Virus record (IMG/VR): IMGVR_UViG_3300027917_000038
Span: 11,892 to 75,891 of that record
Direction: 5' to 3' (one strand)
Length of the DNA: 64,000 nt
Origin: a virus
Shown here piece by piece: positions 50,311 through 60,496 of this stretch; position 1 is the first letter of the stretch; the number at the start of each line of letters is the position of its first letter. The position numbers and the translations under genes are program-made. Below the pieces are notes generated by a model. It was not told the origin of the DNA. It saw only the letters and a list, made by a program, of their open reading frames with translations, and searched no databases.

Positions 50311-52067
50311 GTGATCCAAAGTTATTAAACAAAACAACAAAAAAAGCGCTGAATGATGTAGCAAAAAGAATTTCTGGGAATAAAGAAATAACATTACGCT
50401 TTAGTGGAACTTATGATGTTACGGATGGTCAGAAAATTACCATACGAAGAGACGCAGAAAAAAACCTTCGACTAAGCCAAGGACTTGTGGCTCATGAAGC
50501 AGGTCATATTGGCTACGGGTCATTAGGAAACATTATTAAAGAACTAGTATTTCATTTAACAAACAAATATAAATTGGATGAAGAAACTGCTCGTTCTTTA
50601 ATGAACATGGTTGAAGACGCAAGAGTAAATAAAATAAACAATAGAGTTTTCCCTGGTTTTTATCGTTCTCTTAGAGAATGGTTTTATATGAATGTGTTGC
50701 CAGAAATAAGACAACAATCTTTCCATCCATTGCTTCGTGATATAGGACTATATTTTGAGGATTTTGATTGGACATTTAATAATGCGGAACATAAATTAAA
50801 TGACGAACAATTGGATTTAATTGAAACAGCAAAACTAATTTCTGATAAGTTTATTTCACCAGCATCATCTGTTTTTATTTGTAAATTACTTGCTGAATTG
50901 TTTAAGAAAAAACAAGAAGAAGAGGGTGGGAAAAAACAACGACCTTCTCCTTCTCCATCAGCAGACGCACGCACAGATCCATCAGCATCACAAAAAATCT
51001 ATGACCCAAATTTTAAGAAATCACAGGAATATAAAGATGACTACAAATTCATGCAAGACATGAACAAAATGTTGGATGAAGAATTCAAAAAATTGATAGA
51101 ACAATTGTTAAAATTAGAGGCTTGTGAAAACGAAGACAATAAAGAATGTGAAGGGTCTATACAACGCATGAGAGACTTTCTTGAAGAACAAGAAAGAAAA
51201 TTAAGCAAGTACATACAAGAAGTTATGGTAACTAGAAGACCTTATAGAAAAATAGAAAGACGATATTATTGTAGGAAGGCTAGAGACTTAGAAAAATATC
51301 CACCAACAGCTCTTGAAATAATGAGTGAATATAAAAGGGAAATAGAAACATTAAAAAGATACTTAAATTTATTGGAAAAGAAGTCAGTTAAAAAACAAAA
51401 ATTTGGTAGGTTAAATAACGACTGGATGAAAGCAATTGTAGGAGATTATGAAAAATGTTTCTCAAGAAAGAGGTACGAAAGATTACAAAGATTAACTCTC
51501 TTAATAGATATTTCTGGAAGTATGACTGGCCCAATGGATGAAGGCGATTATGAAAGATGTCACAAGGAATCAAGAAGACATCTTTCTAAATTATCAGTAG
51601 CAAAAATTTGTTCTGTTATTTTTGGTGAAATATTTAAAGACTTTTGTGATTTAAGAATTGTTCTTTTTACTGGTGTAAAAGATGTTGTTCATCATGTTAT
51701 CAAGGATTTTAAAGACACGGTTCATCCACGCGATTATGATGAATTTGGATATGATCAAATGCAGGGAGAAAATTTAGATGGATTGTCTTTAATATACGAG
51801 GCAGAAAAAATAGGGAGCGATGGAATAATTATTATTGTTTCAGATGGATACCCAGCAGGAGATTATTATAGTCTTGGAGACGCTATTACAGATGTTAATA
51901 GAGCAAGAAAACTGTGTAAATTTATTTTTGCCTTTAGTATTAAGGCACGAGGAGATTATTTAACAGATATGTATGAGAAACATTTTATTATTGTTAAAGA
52001 TAAAGAGGAATTTAGAGAAAAGCTTCTTAAATTTGGAAGAATTTTAATGGAGCAATATTTAAGATGA
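50292..52067 (+). CDS. vWA-domain protein with N-terminal HExxH (CobT-like partner of MoxR)
   Basis: HEAGH, EDARVN, MIDAS DISGS and VSDGYP. Confidence 0.85.
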   Translation: MGYIKMSDPKLLNKTTKKALNDVAKRISGNKEITLRFSGTYDVTDGQKITIRRDAEKNLRLSQGLVAHEAGHIGYGSLGNIIKELVFHLTNKYKLDEETARSLMNMVEDARVNKINNRVFPGFYRSLREWFYMNVLPEIRQQSFHPLLRDIGLYFEDFDWTFNNAEHKLNDEQLDLIETAKLISDKFISPASSVFICKLLAELFKKKQEEEGGKKQRPSPSPSADARTDPSASQKIYDPNFKKSQEYKDDYKFMQDMNKMLDEEFKKLIEQLLKLEACENEDNKECEGSIQRMRDFLEEQERKLSKYIQEVMVTRRPYRKIERRYYCRKARDLEKYPPTALEIMSEYKREIETLKRYLNLLEKKSVKKQKFGRLNNDWMKAIVGDYEKCFSRKRYERLQRLTLLIDISGSMTGPMDEGDYERCHKESRRHLSKLSVAKICSVIFGEIFKDFCDLRIVLFTGVKDVVHHVIKDFKDTVHPRDYDEFGYDQMQGENLDGLSLIYEAEKIGSDGIIIIVSDGYPAGDYYSLGDAITDVNRARKLCKFIFAFSIKARGDYLTDMYEKHFIIVKDKEEFREKLLKFGRILMEQYLR

Positions 52068-53678
52068 AATTCATTCATAAAGTATTTCTTACAGCAAGAT
52101 CTAAAGAAGATGAAGAATGTATGGGTTGGAATGATCCAGACCCATCCTCAAAAGGAGACTGGGAAATTTGTATTTTTTTAGACAAATTTTATTTTAGGAA
52201 AAATATTAATCATATTAAATGCGCAAAAGAAATACAAAGAATATTTCTACTTGAGTTGGTTTGTTCTCTTAGTAGAGTAGAAAAATATTGGAAAGAAGAA
52301 AGGTGTAATGAATGCCCACCATGGAAAATAACAAAAAAAATTATGCAAAATATTACAATAAAATAAATAATGATTCGGAATTAATAAACATTTTGGAATT
52401 TATAACAAAGATGTTAGACAATAAGGATTTGTCTAAAGATCAATGGATGACAATAGTTGAATACATCCATTATAGAGCACTTAAAAATGAAAGTAGGAAA
52501 TAATAATGACAGAAGAAGAGAAAAAAGACGAGTATGAAAAATACGCAAGTCAATTAGACTCAGAAAAATGTTGCGGAAGATATTTACATTTTGGTCATTT
52601 CATACAAGATTTTGAAAACGACAAAAATACGGCGCTGTCACAATTTCACTTTGAACTTTATAAATTTTATGCCACATTATTATGTAGCTATGCGGATTTT
52701 GAAGCATTTGACAAATTAAAGAAATTTTTAGTGGAAGCAATTGACTATGTTAAAAACAGGATAAATAAACTAGAAAGTAAACAATTACAAGGAATAGCAG
52801 ATGACATTTTAAAATTCGCAAGAAAAAATTTTGATGAAATTAAGAAGAGATGGGGAAAGAAAAACCATGAATATTTCACATAGATTTAGATCTTTTTTAA
52901 GAAGCAAATACATTTGCCCAATGTGTGGTAACAAAGATTTTCCCGACTGGAAGGATAAAGATGGAGTCGAGTATTGTAGATGTGGTTATTGGAGAAAACT
53001 TAAAAAATCTCCAAAATAAACATAAAAGGTGTTACATTTTGGAAATAGCTAAGGAGTTCGAATTGTATAGGAAGTTTGAAGTTGTATTGTTTCGGTATTT
53101 CAAAATAGCTGAATTTGTAGAGAATTCAATTAAGTTTTCATTTAAAACAAAAGATGATATTTCTACAATATTAGATCCAAAAGGTTATGATAACGCTAAA
53201 AACAGAACACTAAAAGAAATTAACGACCAAAATATTTACATACCTTTTAATCCTTTTTACTTAGACAAAGACGACAAAGAATTTTTTACTATTATTTTTC
53301 CCAAAAAGTTTTGGGAAATAAAAGACACGGAACGAGAGAAAAGAGAAGCATTAAAAGAAATTTGGAGTCGTATACATGAAATAAAATGGTGGCTCGGAGT
53401 AACAAAAGACACCAGATTTTGTGGAATAAGAAAAGAAAGTAGATTAACAACAGTTTTAGAAAACTACTTGAAAAGTGGAATAAAGGAATTTAGGTATGAT
53501 TTCGAGCATTCTGTTTTTAGAAACATTGATAAAGAGACAATTAGAAAATTTTTAAGGGTGATGAAAAATCGGAAAAGAAGAGAAGGAATCATCTCGATGT
53601 CTCAAAAAAGGCAAAGAACTACATACAGAAGCAGAAAAAACGGCAAAAGAGTTTCTTGAATGGAAACGAATTCAAGCA

Positions 53679-54686
53679 ATGTTAAACGCCCATCAAGATG
53701 AAATAATAAACGAAAGATTAAGATCAATGGAAGAAACAATTAAGTGTAAACTTATACCTGTTGAAGAAATTAATGGTAGTACCGATGAACACCCATTAAC
53801 ATGGAGTCTTATACCTGAGTGGAAACATCAAGATCCGCTTACAGAATCAATAATGGGATTAAAATTAATGGAGGTAGAAAAAATGAAAAATATATGTCAA
53901 TATTGTAAAAACAATAAAAATTGTAGTATAAAAAATGAAGGAATAAAAACATGTTCCGATTTTAATAGACAACAGGATTGTTGTATATGCGGTGCAATTA
54001 AAAGATCAAGTGAATTAATAATAAAAAGAACCGAAGAGGACTATCTATACGTTTGTAAGGAAGATGATTGTGCAAAAGAGTTCAAAAAACAATATACATA
54101 TTGTTATGAATGCGAGCTTTATTTTCCCAAAAGTGAATTAAAGGTATGGAATGGAAAACTATTATGCGAAAGATGCACAAAATTTAGAGTAAAAGAATGT
54201 AAAAATTGTGGTGGAATCTTTGACAAAAGTGAAACAGTTAATTATGGCAATTATTATTATTGTCATTCTTGTTTTGACAACAACCAAGGAACATGTGCCG
54301 AATGTGGAATGGAAGAAGTGACATTTGAACTAACAATGTTAGAATGTGGAGAATTAATTTGTAGAGATTGCGAGAAAAAAAGAAGCCAATTAAAAATTGA
54401 AATTGAAAATGCATGGGAAAGAGTGGAGTATTATGAACATGCTGAACCATTTCCAGTTGAAGTAATAGAAAAAATGTTAAAAGATGTAAAAAAGAAGAAA
54501 TTTGTTTTTCCATGCACATTCGATGATCAAGGAGAATTTTGTCCATTAACTTATGATGGTAAGAGAAAGGGAAGTTGTACATCATGCGACAGACCAGAAA
54601 TTTACAAACTATTAAGAGAAAAGGACAAAGAATTTTACCCTAAAATGACTAAAATTTTAGAAGACGCATTGGAAGAGATGATATAA
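53679..54686 (+). CDS. Multi-zinc-finger Cys-rich protein
   Basis: About ten CxxC-type pairs in LIM-like tandem spacing. Confidence 0.65.
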   Translation: MLNAHQDEIINERLRSMEETIKCKLIPVEEINGSTDEHPLTWSLIPEWKHQDPLTESIMGLKLMEVEKMKNICQYCKNNKNCSIKNEGIKTCSDFNRQQDCCICGAIKRSSELIIKRTEEDYLYVCKEDDCAKEFKKQYTYCYECELYFPKSELKVWNGKLLCERCTKFRVKECKNCGGIFDKSETVNYGNYYYCHSCFDNNQGTCAECGMEEVTFELTMLECGELICRDCEKKRSQLKIEIENAWERVEYYEHAEPFPVEVIEKMLKDVKKKKFVFPCTFDDQGEFCPLTYDGKRKGSCTSCDRPEIYKLLREKDKEFYPKMTKILEDALEEMI

Positions 54687-55798
54687 TAAAAATGTACTTT
54701 AGGACAAAAAATTTTGGATTGCTTTTACAATTTAATGAAATTGGAAGAAACTTTACATTTTGGATAAAAATAGGAAAATATAGTATAATGACAACTTTAT
54801 TTTTGAGGTAATTAAAATGCCGTTAATAAAATGTCCTATATGTGGAAACAAATCATTTATGCAAAAGAAAGGAAAAAACATATATTTTGGTTTTTGTAGA
54901 AAATGTACTTATCCAAATCATTCTGGAGTACAAATAATTAATTCTACGGGTATAGCAATGGAGTATGAAATTCTAATGGAGTTGTTTGATAAAGATGCCG
55001 TTTACTAATGAAAGATATTTTTACCAGCAATGGATGAACATGATCAATTCAATAGATTGCTTAACAAAAGCAGTTAATAAATTGGTGGAAAAAATTGGGG
55101 AAAGGGAAGAAGAAAAAGAAATTCGGAAGAACGAGAAGCAAGAAAGCGTTCAACAGAAGAAGAAAAAAGACTAAGAAATACAAATCTTCTGGTTGGAAGC
55201 TAAAATACCCTGAAATTTTTGAGGAAATAAGTTATTATCCTTATATTGTTAGGAGGGATAGGGAGGAGAAAAACAAATGAAAGCAAGTTGGTTATTTTTT
55301 ATAGTGTTAATAATAACAAGACAAGTTCTTATGTTTATGTTGGGTTTTGGAGTAATTACATGGGAAGAGTTTTGTTTTTATATATTATCTGATACAATAT
55401 ATTTAGGACTAATTATGATATTTTTAGCAATAAAGGAGGGACAAGAATGATTCTACATAATCTTAAATTAAGAATAAAGTACACTTTCTTATGTTATATG
55501 TGTGACAGATTTGTGCTTTTTAGAAAACATGAAAAGTGTTCTGCCCCTTGGATACCAAAATTTAAAGTATGTAAGAGGTGTCTTGAAGATGATGGATGAA
55601 GAAGGAAAAGCAATAGTAACATACGACCATTTTTATGAATATTGTATGAAATTTAAAGATACAATTTACGTTAGAGAACAAATTGATGGAAGGTGGAAAT
55701 CAGTTGCTCTTGGAGAACTCTCACTAGATCTACAATTAAAATGGATAAGATGTTGGTGGGATAGAGGACATCTTCCATATAGAATACTAGAATAATAT

Positions 55799-55876
55799 GC
55801 CCGTGCACAGTAGCGCTATTGAACAAATGGTAATGAATTAATGGGAAATTCGCAGGTGCAAATCCTGCCACGGGCT
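55799..55876 (+). ncRNA. tRNA-like RNA with perfect acceptor stem and T-arm and an atypical core
   Basis: GCCCGTG/CACGGGC acceptor, GCAGG-TGCAAAT-CCTGC T-arm, internal hairpins CAGTA-GCGC-TATTG and GAATT-AATGGGA-AATTC. Confidence 0.6.
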
Positions 55877-56644
55877 TTAAAATTTTGGAGGCAAAAAAAT
55901 GAAGGCATATAAAATAGCAGCATTTTTCCTAACAGCTCTTATAATCATAGGAATAATCATAGGATTTGTGATTTTGTTTACATTTCTATTCTATTTATTA
56001 TTCTTAGGGTTTAGAAGTTTGTTAAAACAATATGGAGTAAGAAATGAATCAGCAACAATAGTTTCATTTATTTGTACTATTTTCATAATGTTTTTTTCAA
56101 TAAGGGGAATTGCAGAAGGAATTAAAAAGAGGGAATAAAATGTTTAACGAAAAAGAAATAGAAATGGATTTGTTACTCTTTACTCTTTTCCCTAAAGAAC
56201 AATTGGATCATTTGTTTGATTTTATACCAATGCTTCATAGAGATGTGATTAATGAAAAAGTTCCAAAAGAAATAAGAGAACTTTTCCATATTACAGATAT
56301 AGAAAAATGGGCTTATGATTCTGTAAATGAGTTAGATGAGTGGTTAAAAACACTCGACGATGAATACATTGAAAATCTGACTCTTGACGAAATTGTTAAA
56401 AAGGAAAATCTTTTACAATTCCTTGATTACAGAATTTTTATAATCAAACAATCTGGATTGTATGATAATGAGGAAATTTGTGACATTTTAAAAAATGGTT
56501 TAACAGATTGTCTAAAAAAGATGGAACAGACTTTAAAAATCAATTTCGCACCGACACCAGATAAATCTGATTAAATCTGATTTGTTGAAAAATGCGATTT
56601 ATGTTTAATTTTATCTTTTTAAAATTCTAAAAAACATTGATGCT

Positions 56645-56696
56645 TTTTAAATTCGTCGCACCCCCCCAGTATTATGGGAATGCGACAAATTTGAAA
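56645..56696. repeat. 52-bp site with 16-bp inverted arms around a 20-bp C7-containing spacer; second copy at 31428-31479
   Basis: TTTTAAATTCGTCGCA-CCCCCCCAGTATTATGGGAA-TGCGACAAATTTGAAA; arms 14/16 complementary. Confidence 0.85.
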
Positions 56697-56760
56697 TTAA
56701 TTTCATGTTTTTAAAAATATAAAAATAATAATTGTTAACACATGCTGGTTTGCAACTTTT

Positions 56761-57270
56761 GTGGATGTCCAATCGAAACAGAAAAGGAAGATTTTTATTA
56801 CTGCCCGATTTGTGACACAGAAAGGTATTTTTCTAATGATAGCGACGAACAAAGAAGAGATAGGCATTAAGCCTATGGATTTTTATTCCATCGCACATAT
56901 ATTGATGGGAATGATTGCACACATCGTTGGAACAACATTTGCTTTACTTTTCGTTCCCCCTTATCCTGCAAATTTAATAGGGATTATATCAGCAATCGTA
57001 TTTTCTCTTATGTGGGAAATTTTTGAGAACAATATTTTAATAAAAACAAAATACAAAAATTTATTTACACCAGAAAGAAAAGGACGAAAAGATTCTTTAA
57101 ACAATTCATTAACAGATGAAGTATTCGTAGTATTAGGAACAACAATAGAATTTTGTTTATATTTAACAGGTAGTGTAGAGATTGTTTTTTATGCAAATCT
57201 CGGTATAATAAATGGGCTTTTGTGGCTATTTTATTACTTAAGAAAGAGAACAATAGATGGTTCAAGTTAA
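56761..57270 (+). CDS. Integral membrane protein, DUF2585-like (possibly metal-binding); true start probably near 56836
   Basis: DFYSIAH...WEIFEN...DSLNNSLTD motifs within TM helices. Confidence 0.5.
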   Translation: MDVQSKQKRKIFITARFVTQKGIFLMIATNKEEIGIKPMDFYSIAHILMGMIAHIVGTTFALLFVPPYPANLIGIISAIVFSLMWEIFENNILIKTKYKNLFTPERKGRKDSLNNSLTDEVFVVLGTTIEFCLYLTGSVEIVFYANLGIINGLLWLFYYLRKRTIDGSS

Positions 57271-58335
57271 AATTCGTTGTGGAGAATTTTATGATTTTAA
57301 CATCATAAAAGAAATTACAGATAAAGGTAATGGAGTAATAGAAATAAGAGGTAATTTTAAACCAAGAGGTAGGTACAAATCAGTAAGAATATGGAAACAA
57401 ACAATAGTTAATTGGGATGAACTAACAGAAATTTTCAAAATACGAGATGAACCTTATTTTTGTCTAAAGTGTAAAAGAACACATCTTAGTGGAGACAAAT
57501 TTTATGAGCATCAAGAATATAGAGGCAAGAAAGAAGATCTTATACCTCATGACAGAATCCTTAAAGCTGATTTAACAAAGTTAGGAGAAATTGGAAAAAG
57601 ACAATTACAAAGGTTATTAAATAGGATGGATTTAAATCCCGGAAAATCTGATTTGTATAGATATGAAATAAACAAATTAATCTTATATGAAGGAATAAAT
57701 GACGAGGAAATATTTTAATGAGAATTAAAATTGGAAAATGTCATATTTTATGTACGGAAGAATGTCCTGTCCTTTCTAAGAAGGCAAGTTATTTTTTGTT
57801 AAAACATTTAAATTTGTTACCTAAAAAACGTAAAAAGAAATGGGATAAATGGGACAAAGAACAAGAAAAATTAAATGAAATGGTAAAAGAAAAATGTTCA
57901 AAAGATTTATAGAAAAATTGATTTGGAAGTATATTGGAAAACATGAAGATTTCCAAAGTGAAATTTTAACAATCTTAACAGATGATTGTCCTTATTATGA
58001 AGTATGTGGAGAGGATTATTTGGAGAATGTAGGACAAGATTATTATGACTCAAGAGGAGACCCGTACGATTAAGGAATTAGATGGAGAAAGTTTATGGTG
58101 GGGATTTTTAGTTGGATACGCAATGGGTTTTATAATAACACTTATAACGATTATGTTAATATTACCATATAGTATATTATTCAAGTGATTATAATGCCAT
58201 GTGAATATATAGATAGTTGTGAGTTTTCCAAACTGAACCCTCGTATTTGTGAACTGTCTAAATTGGCTTGTTCAGAATACCATTGGAAAAGCTTAAATCC
58301 TATCGAAAGACTACAAAAAATCAAAGACAAAGAAC

Positions 58336-58614
58336 ATGAGTCCTTATATACGAAAGGATGAAAGAAAAGCGTATGACAATCTTGTTACAGAAATAGAAAA
58401 AAATCTTGCCTCTGTTGTAAGAGAAAATTTTTCTGGTCATCTGAATTACGTTATTACAAAACTAATATCAGAAATTATTTACAGATGGCCCCAAAATTAC
58501 GACTTTTTTAATACAATAGTCGGTGTTTTGGATAATGTAAAAGATGAGTTCAAAAGACGCATTCTAAATCCTTATGAAGATTACAAAATTAAAGAAAACG
58601 GAGATGTATATTAA
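58336..58614 (+). CDS. Conserved viral protein (DUF6899-like)
   Basis: PYI...R, G.LNY.IT and EF.RR...PYED.KI.ENGDVY pattern. Confidence 0.65.
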   Translation: MSPYIRKDERKAYDNLVTEIEKNLASVVRENFSGHLNYVITKLISEIIYRWPQNYDFFNTIVGVLDNVKDEFKRRILNPYEDYKIKENGDVY

Positions 58615-58901
58615 AAAATGAAAAAACAAGAAAAAACGATAGTAGAACTGATTACCCTTCCTCCAGCCCCTGATAATGGAGTTAGACATAATCATTACGG
58701 ACTTGGAAGAGAAATCAGTAAAATAAAAACATTTTTAGAAGAAATCCAAACTGATCTTACGACAATCAAACTTTTGTTTGGAATGAAAAAGTTTAATATT
58801 GCTCGTAGAGATGTTAAAAGGTCTCAAAAATTGTTAGAACAAAGCGTTAGAAATTACCAAAAAAGTGTTAAGTTGCTAACGGCTATACAACCATTACGAT
58901 A

Positions 58902-59348
58902 ATGAAAATTTATTGTGACGGAGGAGCAAAACCAAATCCCGGTGATGGTGGGATTGGTTTTATAGCTCTCAAAGACGACAAAATCGTTTTGGAAGGATAC
59001 CAATATATGGGAGAAAATCTAACAAACAACCAATGCGAATTCATCGCGGCAATTAATTCTCTAACACATGCTTCTCTTGTGTTTGGAGCAAAACAAGTTG
59101 AATTATATGTAGACTCTGAATTGGTTTATTGTTCGGTTCTTCCAGTTCTACATCCAAAACATAAAAACATAAGAAGTAAAAAATTAAAACCATTACACAA
59201 AACTCTACTAAGCGTCATGGAACTCTTTGAAAAGATCGATGTCTTTCATATAAGTAGAAATGAGAATACAATAGCCGATAAACTCTGTTATCATGCTATA
59301 AACACAAAGACATCAAGGATAACACAGATTGAGCCGACAGACTCGTAA
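58902..59348 (+). CDS. rnhA: Ribonuclease HI
   Basis: YCDGGAKPNPG, TNNQCE, VDSEL and HISRNENTIADKL contain the D-E-D-D catalytic residues. Confidence 0.92.
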   Translation: MKIYCDGGAKPNPGDGGIGFIALKDDKIVLEGYQYMGENLTNNQCEFIAAINSLTHASLVFGAKQVELYVDSELVYCSVLPVLHPKHKNIRSKKLKPLHKTLLSVMELFEKIDVFHISRNENTIADKLCYHAINTKTSRITQIEPTDS

Positions 59349-59419
59349 TGCATGGATTATATGGGGATGTATGTGGGTATTACTAATAATATATTTAATA
59401 ATAAGATACGTAATGGAAA

Positions 59420-60496
59420 ATGCGCTGGTGTCCTGAGTGTAAGGAAAGATCCGCTAAATTTGAAGTATGCACTAATTGCGGGTTAGTGTTTGAAGACAAA
59501 CCTATTGATTATCGTCCATCACGTAGAGATTTAGACAACCCTGAAACAAAAACACATAATATGGAAACATCCCAGTTTTTAAAAAATTTAAAAACACAAA
59601 CGAGAATAAATCTACGGGAGGTAAAAAATTCCGATTTAAAAAGAGCAATGAAAAAATTCTATTACAACTGGAGAGAAAAAAGAGGTTATGAAATTAAGAA
59701 GGAAATGAAAAGAATTTGCTCATTGCTTGGATTAACTAAGGATTTTTATGCCTCTTGTATTTATTCTTATTTTAAAATCTGTAAGTTTAATGAGAAAGCG
59801 GATGTTAATATTTTCAGGGGTGGAGGAAAAGTCTCTTTAGAAGTGATTGCTCAAGGTATTATTTATTTGGAAATTAAAAAACAACAATTGCCTTTCACGT
59901 TATACGATTTCGAAAAAATTGAATGTGAAACTAAAAAAGTTTCCGATTACTACACACGATTAATAAAGGAAATGAATATCAAAATCAAACAAATACATCC
60001 AAGAATTTTTATCGAAAGAATAATAGGTACATTAGAAATTACAATAAGAGAAAAGAGTTTTCTTACTTTATGTAGTAAAACTTTTCTTGAAAATATTATG
60101 GAAATAGAAGAAGAAAGCAATTCCATAACACGTTTTAGAAATCCTATTATTACTGCCGCTGTGTGTGTCTATTTATTGTCAAATAAAATATTTAAAATCA
60201 CACAAAAGAAGATTTGTGAAATTGCTGGATGTGATATTAGAACTCTTAGGAAAAGAATAAATGAAATAAAAGAAACAATACAATCTAATATACAATTATT
60301 CGGCTATGGTGAGGAAGATTTTGAAAAAGCATTAGAATGGGATATGTTCTCACCATTTGTAAATAATATGAAAGAGAATTGTGAATTTGATGAGTTATTA
60401 ATAAAAGGATTAATTCATCCTGAATATAGAATGGAGTTATTAAAAACAAAAGAAAAATTTAAGGCTGTTTTTTATGACACTACCGAAAAGCATTGA
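59420..60496 (+). CDS. tfb: Transcription initiation factor IIB (TFB) homologue
   Basis: N-terminal zinc ribbon CPEC...VCTNCGLV, two cyclin-like repeats (RICSLLGL; PRIFIERI...AAVCVYL) and HTH TQKKICEIAGCDIRTLRKR. Confidence 0.85.
   Translation: MRWCPECKERSAKFEVCTNCGLVFEDKPIDYRPSRRDLDNPETKTHNMETSQFLKNLKTQTRINLREVKNSDLKRAMKKFYYNWREKRGYEIKKEMKRICSLLGLTKDFYASCIYSYFKICKFNEKADVNIFRGGGKVSLEVIAQGIIYLEIKKQQLPFTLYDFEKIECETKKVSDYYTRLIKEMNIKIKQIHPRIFIERIIGTLEITIREKSFLTLCSKTFLENIMEIEEESNSITRFRNPIITAAVCVYLLSNKIFKITQKKICEIAGCDIRTLRKRINEIKETIQSNIQLFGYGEEDFEKALEWDMFSPFVNNMKENCEFDELLIKGLIHPEYRMELLKTKEKFKAVFYDTTEKH

Noticed and set aside
56563-56582. Tandem AAATCTGATT repeat upstream of the 52-bp site
   Set aside because: Only two AT-rich 10-mers; not distinguishable from chance without comparative data
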